From NCBI RefSeq assembly GCF_004010195.1, contig NC_057749.1:26550161-26614160 (forward strand): a stretch of DNA of 64,000 nt, written 5' to 3'. The notes beneath the pieces are model-generated. The model was not told the DNA's origin. It did no database searches and was given only the letters and a program-made list of their open reading frames with translations. The stretch comes from Chiloscyllium plagiosum. Taxonomy: Eukaryota. A program made the translations under genes and the position numbers. Shown piece by piece: positions 52,051 through 63,499 of the stretch; position 1 is the first letter of the stretch; each line of letters begins with the position of its first letter.

Positions 52051-53524
52051 TAATATGACATTGAATGAAATATTGGCAAGGAATATCCTGTTGATTATCA
52101 TCTCACAATTTTGCTTCTCCACAAGGAACATACAAGAAAAACTGAACGTGGTAAGAGCAGAATAAATTCTGGGATGAGATGGTGAGTGTGGGATCTGGAA
52201 TCCCCTACAGGATTGGATGGTAAAGACACAAACCCTTCTTGCAAAGAAAAAAAGGCAAAGTATGTTATAAACTACAGGGCCATAGATCAAGAACTGGGAA
52301 TAGGGACAGAGGTAGATAATGGTGATCAAACTGCTCAGCTCTTTGTCAGGATGAGTGGCCTCCTTTTTTATTGTAAACCTGTGCTTAAAATAGACAAGGC
52401 CATTTTATTCACTGTTTACCAGCCTGTTATCATAGAATATTATGATTTTAACCAATCATTGCCATCAATCTCTAATAATGAGCCAGCAACACACTCAGTG
52501 GCTGTATAATAAGCACAACAAGAGTTCCTGTAGGTTCCTGCACCTTGGCAATCTGGTCTCAAGCCTTCATCAACCCTAAGGTGAATCATGAGAGCCCATG
52601 GTGTTGGAGATAGTGTATGGACATGGATAGAGAATTGTCTAATGGGCAGTAAATAGCGAGTGAAGATAGGGGGTTCTTTTTCAGGTTGGTGATCCAGAAA
52701 CCCAATGCCCGGCTTTTTCACCTTTCACTGTCAGCTGTCATGAAGGGAGTGACTGTGAGGTTCGAGCATTTAATTCCAATGTTGACCTGATAGTCCAAGG
52801 TAGACAGGCAGGAGGATAGAAGAACACAGCAAGCCAGGCACCGTCTGGAGGCGCAGAAGTCGACGTTTCGGGTGTAACCCTTCTTCAAGTCCAACTGTTA
52901 GAGCCACTTACTCAAAATTCAAATTCAATTCAGTGCCCATAACATAAACTCTGCTAAATAAAATATATAACGTGTTTGAAACTTCCTGCTGGAAACACAG
53001 CTCATCTCTATCTCATTACAAACCAAAAATCAGAGTGAAGAAACATGAAATAATGAATAGTGTATATAAAATGAGGTTAAGAACCCAAACTAACTTCAGA
53101 CCACATCCCCTACTCCAGTTAATGGCAATGACTCACAGCTTATCCTAATGTAACTGGAACTGTAAAGACAACTTTCAGTGTCAACAAAATACAGATATAC
53201 AAAACAATTTTAATGAGCTTTAGCATTTCATTTCACCTTTACTGAGCCCAACTCTTGAGACAACATCCATTTCATGTTCAGTTCAAAGATTTAAATATAG
53301 TTGTCTATTTCAAGCCTCAGTTAGGCTCTGGAATATTGCAACTCTTTAAAATATTGGTCATTGAAAATTGTCTGAGGTTTCAGGACATTGTTAATAAATC
53401 ACCTTGACTCCCTCCACCCACAGGAAGTCCCACAGTTGCCTCATCATCCTTATACACCTCAGTTGCTTTTGAAATGTGTTTCCTTAAACTTTAAAACATA
53501 CAATCATTAGCCTTAAGAGGACAT

Positions 53525-53657
53525 TGATGTCATTATCTGGGAGTCGTATATAAACCAGGCAGAATAGTGAATCTCAGTTCTGTGCACCCAAACAACGATC
53601 AACATCACTCGTGTTGAATCCGAAGTAAATTGTGATATCTATGGTGAGGCGGTGAGT
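53525..53657 (+). promoter_or_regulatory. Candidate PTH2 core promoter and 5' exon
   Basis: TGATGTCA (53525), TATATAAA (53547-53554) and an Inr-like TCAGTT with A at 53576, 29 nt from the TATA start. Donors are ATG|GTGAGG and GCG|GTGAGT. The downstream coding exon begins with an acceptor, so an upstream exon is expected. Confidence 0.55.
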
Positions 53658-53785
53658 ACAATTGTTTTCTTCCTCAATTTGAACAACAAGGCAAGAATAA
53701 GAAGCCGTTATCTTCCAGTAATCCAAATGAGAGGCTCGGGTTAAGCCCTGAACAGCCAGATGGAGAAATTGTAGCCTTCTCTGCG

Positions 53786-54066
53786 TGATCCCCTCTCCCC
53801 CACTCAAACCCCTGATCCCCTCTCCCTCACTCAAACCCCTGATCCCCTCTCCCCCACTCAANNNNNNNNNNNNNNNNNNNNNNNNNNNNNNNNNNNNNNN
53901 NNNNNNNNNNNNNNNNNNNNNNNNNNNNNNNNNNNNNNNNNNNNNNNNNNNNNNNNNNNNNNNNNNNNNNNNNNNCTCAGACCCCTGATCCCCTCTCCCC
54001 CTCTCAGACCCCTGATCTCGTCTCCCCCTCTCAGACCCCTGATCCCCTCTCCCCCTCTCAAACTCA
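53786..54066. repeat. 27-bp minisatellite spanning an assembly gap (N 53862-53975)
   Basis: Unit CCCCTGATCCCCTCTCCCCC(T/A)CTCA(G/A)A on both sides of the N run. Confidence 0.9.
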
Positions 54067-55496
54067 TGATTGCCACCTGTTACATTCAAACCTGATTTCC
54101 AACCCCCTTCCCATAAAGCCATCTAATGACAAAGCTTTTTCGTTTGAAATTATCTCTGTATCAGTCTCTGAGTGGGTTTGACTCATATTCTACAGATTAG
54201 TCTGGAGTTACTTGTTCTGCCCTGGGGCATTTTTAGGGAAATGAATCATTGGCAATTTCCACGGGGTTGGCTGGTAGGAAAAAAAATTGAGGCAGGGTTT
54301 TTTTACAGTTCACAATCAATGCCAGCTATTGGAAAATGCTGCTAAAAAACCCAATAAAAATGGATTGGGCTGGTGACATCTATTAAATTTCAAGAGTCTG
54401 TTTGTTTCCTGAGGCATTTTAGAATTCCCATTGTAAATCAATCAGTTGGGTTTGTTGTAAATGCGACCTTTACAAGACAGTTTTAAAATAAACATTTAGT
54501 TCAAAGTAAGACTCCGAATTCCAGATAAACACCTCAACAGGCCTGTGTGATCCATTCTACAGAAGAGAGAAATTCAAGCTGAAGTTCATTGACATTATTA
54601 GGGATTTGCCCCAGGAGCTGTAAACATGAGGAAAATTTGTTCTGCCTTTAGAATGCCTGCGGAATCTATAATTGATTTTAGAAAAAATTGAAAGGGAATG
54701 TTAAGATTTCTTGTGAAATCAATCATAACTTTAGGATAGTAAGAAATATTGATCTGTTGTGACCTAGTGCCTCTGAAGATTACTCACAGGAATGAACTTA
54801 AAATACAAAGGCCTCAAGTTGCACTCACCAGAGCAGAAAAAGGTTCGGGTGTGTCCATGTTACTTCAACTACTGGGACTTGACAGTTCAGAAGATTCTAG
54901 AAAGATGTCAACGCTATCTCTTTGACTATTCTTAAATGGGATGTGACAAAGCCAGCATTTGTTGCCCAGGTTTGGCTCCTATTGAACTGAATAGTTTGCT
55001 TGACTATTTCAAGGGCAGTTAAGAGTTAACCTATTGCTGTGGGACAGAAATATGCAGGAGACAATAGAGGAGTCTGGGACATGTTCTGTAATGGTTCAGG
55101 TTCAATAAATGTCACAATATTAGAATATTGCTTGACCATTCTGTGGGATAGCTCTCCCAATTTTGGAAAAAGTCCCCAGATGTCAGTGAGGAGGACGTCG
55201 AAGATCAACCGTACCTGATGATCCTTTACTATTTCTGCTGCTTTAGCGGATACATGTGGCTTGTCTGGCTTTATTCTTTCTTGATGCTTTTATGGTGGTT
55301 GAATACAGCAGATTAGCTTGTCAGGCTCTTTCAGAAATCAGTTTTGAAACCCGTACATCTCTGGGTCCAGAGTCCCAAATCGGAAATGAAGGATCAAGTT
55401 CCTTCCCTAAACAACATTAATGAAGCAATCAGTAATTTCACCATCGAGAAAAAAGTCTGCAGAAATATGTGGAAAAGGAATTAGATGAATTGTTTC

Positions 55497-56550
55497 ATAG
55501 TACAATACAGCATAGGACAGGCCCTTCAGCCCTTGATGCTGTGCTGGCCTTTTATCCTACTCTAAAATCAGACTAACCTACACACTCTTCATTGTGCTAT
55601 CTTCCATGTGCCTATACAAGTGTCACTTAAATGTCTTACTAATGTATCTGAATCTATTACCACTGCTAGCAGTGCATTACAAGCATCCACCACTCTCTGT
55701 GTAAAGAACCTACCTCTGACATAATTATTTTTAAAATTAGAAATTACAGTATGGAAACAGGCCCTTCAGCCCAACAAGTCCACACCGACCCTCCAAAGAG
55801 CAACCCACCCAGACCCATTCCCCTACATTTACCCCTTCACCTAACACTACAGGCAATTTAGCATGGCCAATTCACTCAACCTGAACATTTTTGGACCGTG
55901 GGAGGAAACCGGAGCACACCCACACAGACTTGGGGAGAATGTGCAAACTCCACACAGACAGTCACCTGAGGTGGGAATATGAACCCAGGTCTCTGACGCT
56001 GTGAGGCAGCAGTGCTAACCACTGTGCCACCGTGTCATATCTCCCCTAAACCTTCCTCCAATCATCTTAAAATTATGCCACCCCATGATAGACATTTCTG
56101 CCCTGGAAAAAGTCTCTGGCTATCCACTCTATTTATACCTCTCATCATCTTGTACACCTCTATCATGTTGCCTTTCACACTTTTTCGTTCCAATGAGAAA
56201 ATTCTTATTTCCCTCAATCTTTATGCATAAGATATGTCCTCCAGTCTAGATAGCGTCCTGGTAAATCCCCTCTGCACTCTCTCTAAACCTTCCGCATCCT
56301 GCCCATGGGTGGTCTAATCAGGCTGTACAGAGATGCAGTATAACCTCGCTGCTCTTAAACCCCCCAATCTCCCTGCTCATGAATGCCAACACAGTATGCC
56401 TTTTTAACAACCCTATTAACTTGGGTAATAATTTTGAGGGATCTATGGATATGGATCCCAAGATCCCACTGTTCCTCCACACTGCCAAGAATCCTGCCTT
56501 TGACCCTGTACTCTGCACTCAAATTTGACCTTCCAAAATGAATCACTTGA
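55497..56550 (-). mobile_element. CR1 3' fragment with an HE1-like SINE inserted (55736-56033)
   Basis: Same family as 20685-23990; the SINE matches 12546-12858. Confidence 0.88.
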
Positions 56551-56665
56551 AAGGGCAGGCACACACACAATAGGAGAAAGTGAGGTCTGCAGATGCTGGA
56601 GATCAAAGTTGAAACTTTATTGCTGGAACAGCACAGCAGGTCAGGCAGCATCCAGGGAACAGGAG

Positions 56666-56701
56666 ATTCGACGTTTCGGGCACAGGCCCTTCTTCAGGAA
56701 T
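56666..56701 (-). ncRNA. Minimal type I hammerhead ribozyme motif in a Penelope-derived element (about 56572-56701)
   Basis: The minus strand reads ATTC-CTGAAGA-A-GGGC-CTGT-GCCC-GAAAC-GTC-GAAT. Core intact, stem I ATTC/GAAT, stem II GGGC/GCCC, minimal stem III. Confidence 0.65.
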
Positions 56702-57215
56702 GGTCACACAATAGACCAAATAGCCTCTGTAACCATTTTATGATTACTGGCACTGGATTTTAATTCCAGAAGCCATTGGAACTCATGTCTCCACAGGATT
56801 AATCTCAATCTTTACATTCCAGGAGCATTACTGCTTTGCTGCTAGACCTTCTAGGTTTCATGTAGCTCTGTATCATGATGTTTCATCTATGTGTATGACT
56901 GTTTGGGTGTCTGGTCTTTTTCTCTGTGCCCATGTCTGGGTGTTGTTCTCATCTTTCCCAAGGATCTGGGCATCACAGGCCAGGCAAGCATTTGTAGCCC
57001 ATCCCTTACCCTCCTGGAGAAGATGAAATCTCCATCAGTACCTGTTTGTGTCTGAAAATGTGTTTGTAACTCTGAGTGTTTGGGTATGTGACTATGATAG
57101 TATCTGAATGTTTGTTAGTGTGTGTGTGTGTGGTCAAATGTTTCACATAAAGAAGGGGGTCAATACAGATATATTGTTTGGGTGAGGGTTACTTTATGTT
57201 TCTTCTCTTCAGGAT

Positions 57216-57322
57216 ATGGAGCCTCCAGCCAATAGTCGAGCGCTACTGTTAGGACTGATCCTGAGCTACGTCCTGGCTCCTTGCTTAGGAACTGTTCCTC
57301 CTTTGCTCAAACACACACAAAG
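57216..57322 (+). CDS. PTH2: PTH2/TIP39 precursor, signal-peptide exon
   Basis: Acceptor TTTCTTCTCTTCAG|GAT ATG. Translates MEPPANSRALLLGLILSYVLAPCLGTVPPLLKHTQ+AG. Donor |GTAAAA; phase 2 fits the next exon. Confidence 0.8.
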
Positions 57323-58537
57323 GTAAAACACCCAGTCAGACAATTTACTGTTACTTACATAGTTTCCTTTCAGTATAAGTAGTGTCCTTTGTCTAGGTAC
57401 TGAACAGTTTCTGCCTGCTTCTAGGGCGTAAGTTTGTATTTATGACGGCAGTGGGAATGAAATTGGTTTTTGATGAGTTGCTAATCAGTAAATACAGGAT
57501 CAATGTCGACCCCAGAGATACACCAGTCTATGACATCTGTTACACTGTCAATATGAGGAATGAATTTGAGGAATTTGGATGTTTTATACAAAGAATGAAT
57601 TTCTCAAAATGCATCACATCCTGTTACTGGATCAGTGGTGCTGGAAGAGCACAGCAATTCAGGCAGCATCCGAAAAGCTTCGAAATCGACATTTCGGGCA
57701 AAAGCCCTTTTTACCTCTTTTTACCTTTCACATCCTGTTAGTCAAAGAGAGTGGAGGAAGGGCACTAGGTAGTAATCAGCACATATTTTACCTGATGTCA
57801 TGAGAAATGACCAGGTTCAGGTCTCCCAGAGTCAGTCTATCCATGTTGTATACCTTTCTACTGTCATTTGTGGCACGTTTATCCTGCCTTTGGGACAGGA
57901 CATACACAGGGATGGTGATCAAGGAGTCTTCAACATCCTGTGTAAGGTATGATACAGCGGTATTACCTTGCCTGTGAGACAGCACTCCCAATTTTGACCC
58001 AAATCCCAAGATGAGTGAGGGGGCTGTTTGTGATGATAGAATTGAACAGAAACAATGGACCTGAGGATGGAGTTGGCTCAAAATTTCACATTCCTGAACA
58101 GGGGAAGGAAGGTTCTGGATGTTGTGGTGAGGATATAGTTTTGAGAACTATAAAAGTATGGTGAGGGGAGAAAATATTTTGGACAACAACCAACACTAGA
58201 ACCTTTTAGATTGTGTCTGATTACGTTGAAGCAATCTGAGAGACATTTTCCTCAGATGTTTCTGGAATTGACTACAGATTGATGAATAGTTTAGCCTCTT
58301 ATTGGAGGCATAGGTGAAGCTGAGATTTGGGGATGGGGCGGGGAGGAGGTGGGGTTAAATGAATTGGACTGGATTATGAATTCAGTGAGAAATGGGGAAG
58401 TACACATGACCCTGATGACAAATTGGCACCCTGATTACTTAATATTTAATATGATCCCATCTGAGATTAAGTTACAGCCTAGAAATCCAAATGTATGTTT
58501 GGATGCCTTGATGTGACATTGTTTTGTTTTATTGTAG

Positions 58538-59006
58538 TTCACTGTCTAGGTCCTGGAAAACTGGAAATTTGCCGGCACCAAGAGGAGTTGAACAAGTGGA
58601 GAATATCTTGCAGCTTCCTCCAGGTTGGGATCCATCTGGCCCTTTGCATGATTGGGGCATTGAGATGATGTCATCAGTTCCCACACTTAAAGGACTCCTG
58701 AGAAAGAATTCTGGGATCTGGTGGATTCCAGTTTTAAGGCAACGTGGTAGATTCCCACTGCATTTCAAAAATCATGATGGTCAACCAAACACAGAACCTG
58801 CAGACAGTACAGGTCTGACCAGCATTACCTTGGGAAAAAGCTGGTCGTCTGATTGGCTGGAACCAAGCACCAATGAAGAAGTGAAGAGAAGTTTTGTTGT
58901 GGCTGATGATGTTGCTTTTAGAGAAAAGAGCAAGTTGCTGACTGCGATGCAAAGGCAGAAATGGCTAAATGCTGTAATGAGGCAACTTGTGATTAATAAA
59001 AAGTAA
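58538..59006 (+). CDS. PTH2: PTH2/TIP39 precursor, main exon; mature peptide 58890-59003
   Basis: Open frame ending KR|SFVVADDVAFREKSKLLTAMQRQKWLNAVMRQLVINKK*, matching TIP39 (ADD.AFRE...LL...R..WLN..M). Acceptor GTTTTGTTTTATTGTAG|, with an alternative in-frame AG at 58548-58549. Confidence 0.95.
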
Positions 59007-59079
59007 ATGCAATACAATTTATGAATATTGGTGTTCGTGAGTGTTTCAAATTCAGAAATGTAATTCATTGTCAAACTGC

Positions 59080-59085
59080 AATAAA
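59080..59085 (+). terminator. Candidate PTH2 polyadenylation signal
   Basis: AATAAA about 75 nt after the stop, followed by T/GT-rich sequence at about 59110-59130. Confidence 0.55.
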
Positions 59086-59289
59086 GCTCTCTTCAAAGAC
59101 ACCATAAACTTGTAAGTTTTATGTTTTCAAACATTGCTTCCAGGAAAACACTTATTTTAAACATTGGCAGCAACATTGTTTTCATTGAAATCAAAGGTGC
59201 AATTCTAGCCCTTGAATTAAATCAGGGAGTGAGACAGTAGTCAGAGGTATTGAGATTAAGCAGTTTGGGGTTCCAGAAGCTACATTTCG

Positions 59290-59404
59290 GTGACTTTGGA
59301 AGCTGAGCTGATTTACAGCACTAGTAGATGACTTTGGAAGCTGAGCTGATTTACAGCACTAGTAGGTGACTTTGGAAGCTGAGCTGATTTACAGCACTTA
59401 GTAG
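59290..59404. repeat. 38-bp tandem repeat, 3 copies
   Basis: (G/A)TGACTTTGGAAGCTGAGCTGATTTACAGCACTAGTAG x3, near perfect. Confidence 0.95.
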
Positions 59405-59639
59405 CAGGAACGAAGACACTGGTAAAAGTGAGCATTGTTCTCCTTATTATGGAGAAGATAAAGTTCTGCTGAACATGAGAAAGGCTATGATACAGTGGCT
59501 AGGGTCAAATAGTTTACATTGATAGGAACATTGGGGACTCAAACAGTACAGAAGACAGATGGGGACAATGGAGTTTCATAGTGGAACACTCCAGCAACAG
59601 CATACCAGAACTTCAAGACAATCAGGGGACAAAGGTAAG

Positions 59640-60475
59640 ACAGTGGCCATCACAAAGGAGAAGATGCTAGGGAAGCTGAAAGGCAGAAGGTTGATAAATC
59701 ACTTGGACAAGATGGACTATATCCCAGAGTTCCAAAGGAGAAAGCTGAGAAGATTGTAGATGATCTTTCAGGAAACACTAGAATCAGAGAGGGTTCCAGA
59801 GGATTTGAAAATGGCTAATGTAACACCTCTGTTTAAGAAGGGAGGGAAGCAGAAGACAGGAAAGTATAGGCTGGTTAGCCTGACCTCAGTCACTGGTACA
59901 ATTTTAGAATCCATTTTAAAGGATGAGATTGCGGAGTACTTGAACATGTATGGTAAATAGGGCAGAGTTAGCATGGCTTCTTCAAGGAGAGGTCATGCCT
60001 GTCAAATCTGATAGAATTCTTTGAGGAGGTAATGAGAAAGTTAGACAAAGGAGAGGCAATGGGATGTGATCTATTTGGATTTCCAGAAGGCCTTTGACAT
60101 AGTACTGAACAGGCCAAGATGTTAGGGGCAAGGTCAATACCTTGGATGGAGGATTGGCTGGCTGGCAGAAGGCAGAAAGTAGGGATAAAAGGGTCTTTTT
60201 CAGGATGACAGCTGGTTCCACAAGTGTCGTGTTGGGACCACAACTATTCACATTATACATGATGTTCAATGATCTGAATGTAGGAACTGAGAGCATTATT
60301 GTTCTGTTTGCAGATGACACAAAAAGAAGTGGAGGGACAGATAGTGTTGAGGAAGAGGAGAGGCTGCAGAAGGACTGCGACAGGCGAGGAAAGTGGACAA
60401 AGATGTCTGATAAAGTCTGAAAAAGGGAGGACTTTTTTTCGCCAGAGGGTGGTGAATATGTAGAACCCATTGCCA
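59640..60475 (+). mobile_element. Decayed CR1 LINE RT fragment
   Basis: ANVTPLFKKG..Q..GKYRLVSLTSV, VLGPQLF and FADDTK motifs. Confidence 0.88.
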
Positions 60476-60844
60476 TAGATTGCAGATGAGCTGGAGCCAG
60501 GGGACTGGCAATAAGTAGCAGATTGGTCTATGGACTAGTGAGCATTTATCGATGACAAAGGCCTGCTGGCTGCCAACAGTTATGTGATTGTCTCCAGATC
60601 ACTGAACAGATTGGAGATGACTCTTTGGCAGAAGCAATGGATCCCTGGAAAGGTCAAAACTGTTTTTTCCTCTGCAATTAAAAGCCAGAAGAAACATTGT
60701 TTATTTTTCTGTCGATATTTGCTGTGAGCTGCAGCTCCTATTCAGCAATCCAGAGACCCACTCATCCTGTACCTTCTGGGAGTGAACGAATGTGGTTGGA
60801 AAAGGAGGAACATGGAGCAGTATGACCTGACAATACAAAAGGAC

Positions 60845-61180
60845 CACCAGTTTCCTCATTTCCCCTCCCCCACACCTTATCCCACTTCCAACCTTCCAAC
60901 TCGGCACCACCCTCTTGACCTGTCCTATCTGTCCATCTTCCTTCCCATCTAGCCGCTCCACCCTCCACTCCGACCTATCACCATCACCTTCCACCTTCAT
61001 CTACTTTTTGCTTTCTCAGCTACCTTCCCCCCAGCCCCAGCCCCACCCCCTTCCATTTAACTCTCAGGCCCCTCAGGCCACCCCCTCGTTCCTGATGAAG
61101 AATTGATGCTCGTAACATTGATTCTCCTGCTCCTCGGATACTGCCTGACCAGCTGTGCTTTTCCAGCAACACACTCTTTG
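60845..61180 (+). mobile_element. Penelope-like 3' end: pyrimidine-rich tract plus decayed hammerhead motif
   Basis: C/T-rich run, then CTGATGAAG...CGTAACATTG and the shared ..CTGCCTGACC.GCTGTGCTTTTCCAGC terminus. Confidence 0.65.
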
Positions 61181-62680
61181 AATCCAAAAGGACTATCTCA
61201 GTCTCCTTCAAGGAACAATCAAATCATTAACTGTTTATTAATTCCAATGCAAACTAGAGAGCTTTATTTCAGAAAATTACATTGTGGGTTTGCAGTACTT
61301 GAGTAATTCAAGAGGTGGGAGATTGCAGGTGTAGTGAGGCACTCACTGCCCACATAGTCACAGTGTCTGGGACATCAATAGTAACAATGCTGTGAAGTGC
61401 TTCTGTCATAGAATAGGATCATGTTTTTTAAAAAATCATTTAAAATTCTGGATTGTGGTATTCACACAATCCTAATTCAACACTTGCCCACTCTGGTCTT
61501 GCTGTCTCACTGCCTTACCCTGGCTCACTGTCCTGTTCCATCGCTGTTAAACATTTCCCAGGTTGGGCAGGGGATGGAGTGAGGAGATGGGCTTGACCAG
61601 CATGATGAATGGAGTGATGCGCTGTGTGGGTTCTGGAGCACTGAGAGCAGTGGTGATGAGAGCAGTGATTGAAAGTGGAGCATGGGTGTTCCTCAGACTT
61701 ATAGTTACCAGTGATCATTTCCATGCATGGTATTACTGCCTGTTGTAGTATAGTGACAGGCGATACATAAATTTGAGACAAGGTGGTCTGGGATGCCTCA
61801 GGGAAGAGGTGATTTTTAAACCGATCAGTTTGCAAATAACTCACTCTGGTTCAATTGAGACAGACAACTCCCCTTACATTTCTTTAAGGCAGCCTGTCAT
61901 TCTTCAAGGGGAGTTGCAGTCATTACACTATTGCTGACTGAAGGCAAATGTGCACCAGTTCAGAGAGAGGTCCCCGAGGTTGTTGGATGTAGTACTTCAC
62001 ACCATAGCCCAAGATGTTAACATGAGGAGGGAGAGTTAGGAAGCTCTCAAGAAACATCCTGAGAATGGTCATCAATTCCAAGAGTCTGGCCCCAGACTCT
62101 GGGCAGCAATGCCACATGGTCAGATACCTCAGTAGGTAGTCAATGTTAGTGAATGTATCTTCAACATCCTCCTTAAGCTGCTCAATGCACTACACTCACA
62201 TCACTCACCCACCAGCAGTCCCTGGCATTTAGGACTTAGACCAAAGATGCCATTTCTCATATATTTACCAATGATACCAATTCCACACTCAACTCTTACT
62301 ACCCTCATGGACCTCTAGCTATTCAGGCACACAATGTTACACACTTGTTGACAAATCTTCTGTTTCTCTTGCAGATCAAAACTGCCATAACTGTAAAGAG
62401 CAAAGCAGAACCCACAGCTTGCTTGGGGGTGTAACTGTGAATGCTTATGTGAAGGTGGTAACTATCTACACAATCCAAGTTGTCAGAAGATGCATTAACT
62501 CAGCATGAAAAGTTGTTTGTTGTCATAATTTGTTCCCCCTGCTTCCAGTGCATGTAAGCATGCCATTAGCATCCTTACAAAACTGAGGGACCACGCAGTA
62601 TACGGTGAGGGATTCAAAATTCTACCCTCATGATTTTGGGAGTTTATGACTCCAGGTGACACAATGTAGTTGAATATTTG

Positions 62681-62716
62681 GGTCCTGAAGAAGGGCTTAT
62701 GCCCGAAACGTCGATT
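62681..62716 (+). ncRNA. Minimal type I hammerhead ribozyme motif in a Penelope-derived element (about 62681-62811)
   Basis: Reads GGTC-CTGAAGA-A-GGGC-TTAT-GCCC-GAAAC-GTC-GATT. Core intact; stem I uses two G-U pairs. Confidence 0.6.
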
Positions 62717-63499
62717 CTCCTGTTCCCTGGATGCTGCCTGACCTGCTGCGCTTTTCCAGCAACACATCTCCAGCTCTGATCTCCAGCATCTGCAGACCTC
62801 ACTTTCTCCTCCATGAATATCAAGCCAAGGTTTGCCTTAAGTTATGTCTGAGTCTGTTAAGGACTAACTTATATCCTTACAAAGACTTTATTATTGCTAG
62901 GAGGACTTAGGTTTCTAGACTTTCTAGTGATCTCATGTCGAGTAATAACTGCTTGCTTCTTTATAAACTCTGCTGGGGATTTTTTGGACAATGGCTGGCA
63001 TGGAGAAATTCTTGCTTTATTAAGATGAGTTAGAAGATAATTGTTAAGAACAAGCTGGGTTAATGGGAACAAAAACAGGAATTCCTGGAAACTCAGCAGG
63101 TTTGGCAGCATCTATGGAGACAAAACAGAGTTAATGTTTCTAGTCTGGTGACTATTCTTTAGATCTGACCCTTCTCTCAACAGATGCTGCTGAGTTTCTC
63201 CAGCAATTTCTGTCTTTGATTCAGATTTCCATCATCCATAGTTCTTTGCTTTGTTTTTAAGTTATAAGGAAACCTGCAATGAACAAGATGATCTCAGTTG
63301 ATCTATCCCATTTCTGAAAAGAAAACTCTCTACATCAGTTCTGGATGAACCTAGTTGTTCATTTGAAAGACTGATCAAAAGAACTTCTTAAGATTGCATT
63401 TCCTGAGTAATTAGTGTGTAAATAGTGATGACGGTTTGTGCAAGAACATCTGAGAACTAAACTCTGAAACATCTCATACTTAATCCCTCTGCTTTCAAA

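Noticed and set aside
53574..54122. 182-aa ORF with GRGDQGSE repeats
   Set aside because: Translation of a minisatellite across an N gap.
59290..59404. CRISPR-like repeat length (38 bp)
   Set aside because: Units are directly adjacent with no spacers, the context is vertebrate, and there are no cas genes.
61500..62500. Possible Harbinger/Myb-SANT transposon remnant or extra exons
   Set aside because: Only a vague resemblance; no motif or open frame could be supported by eye.
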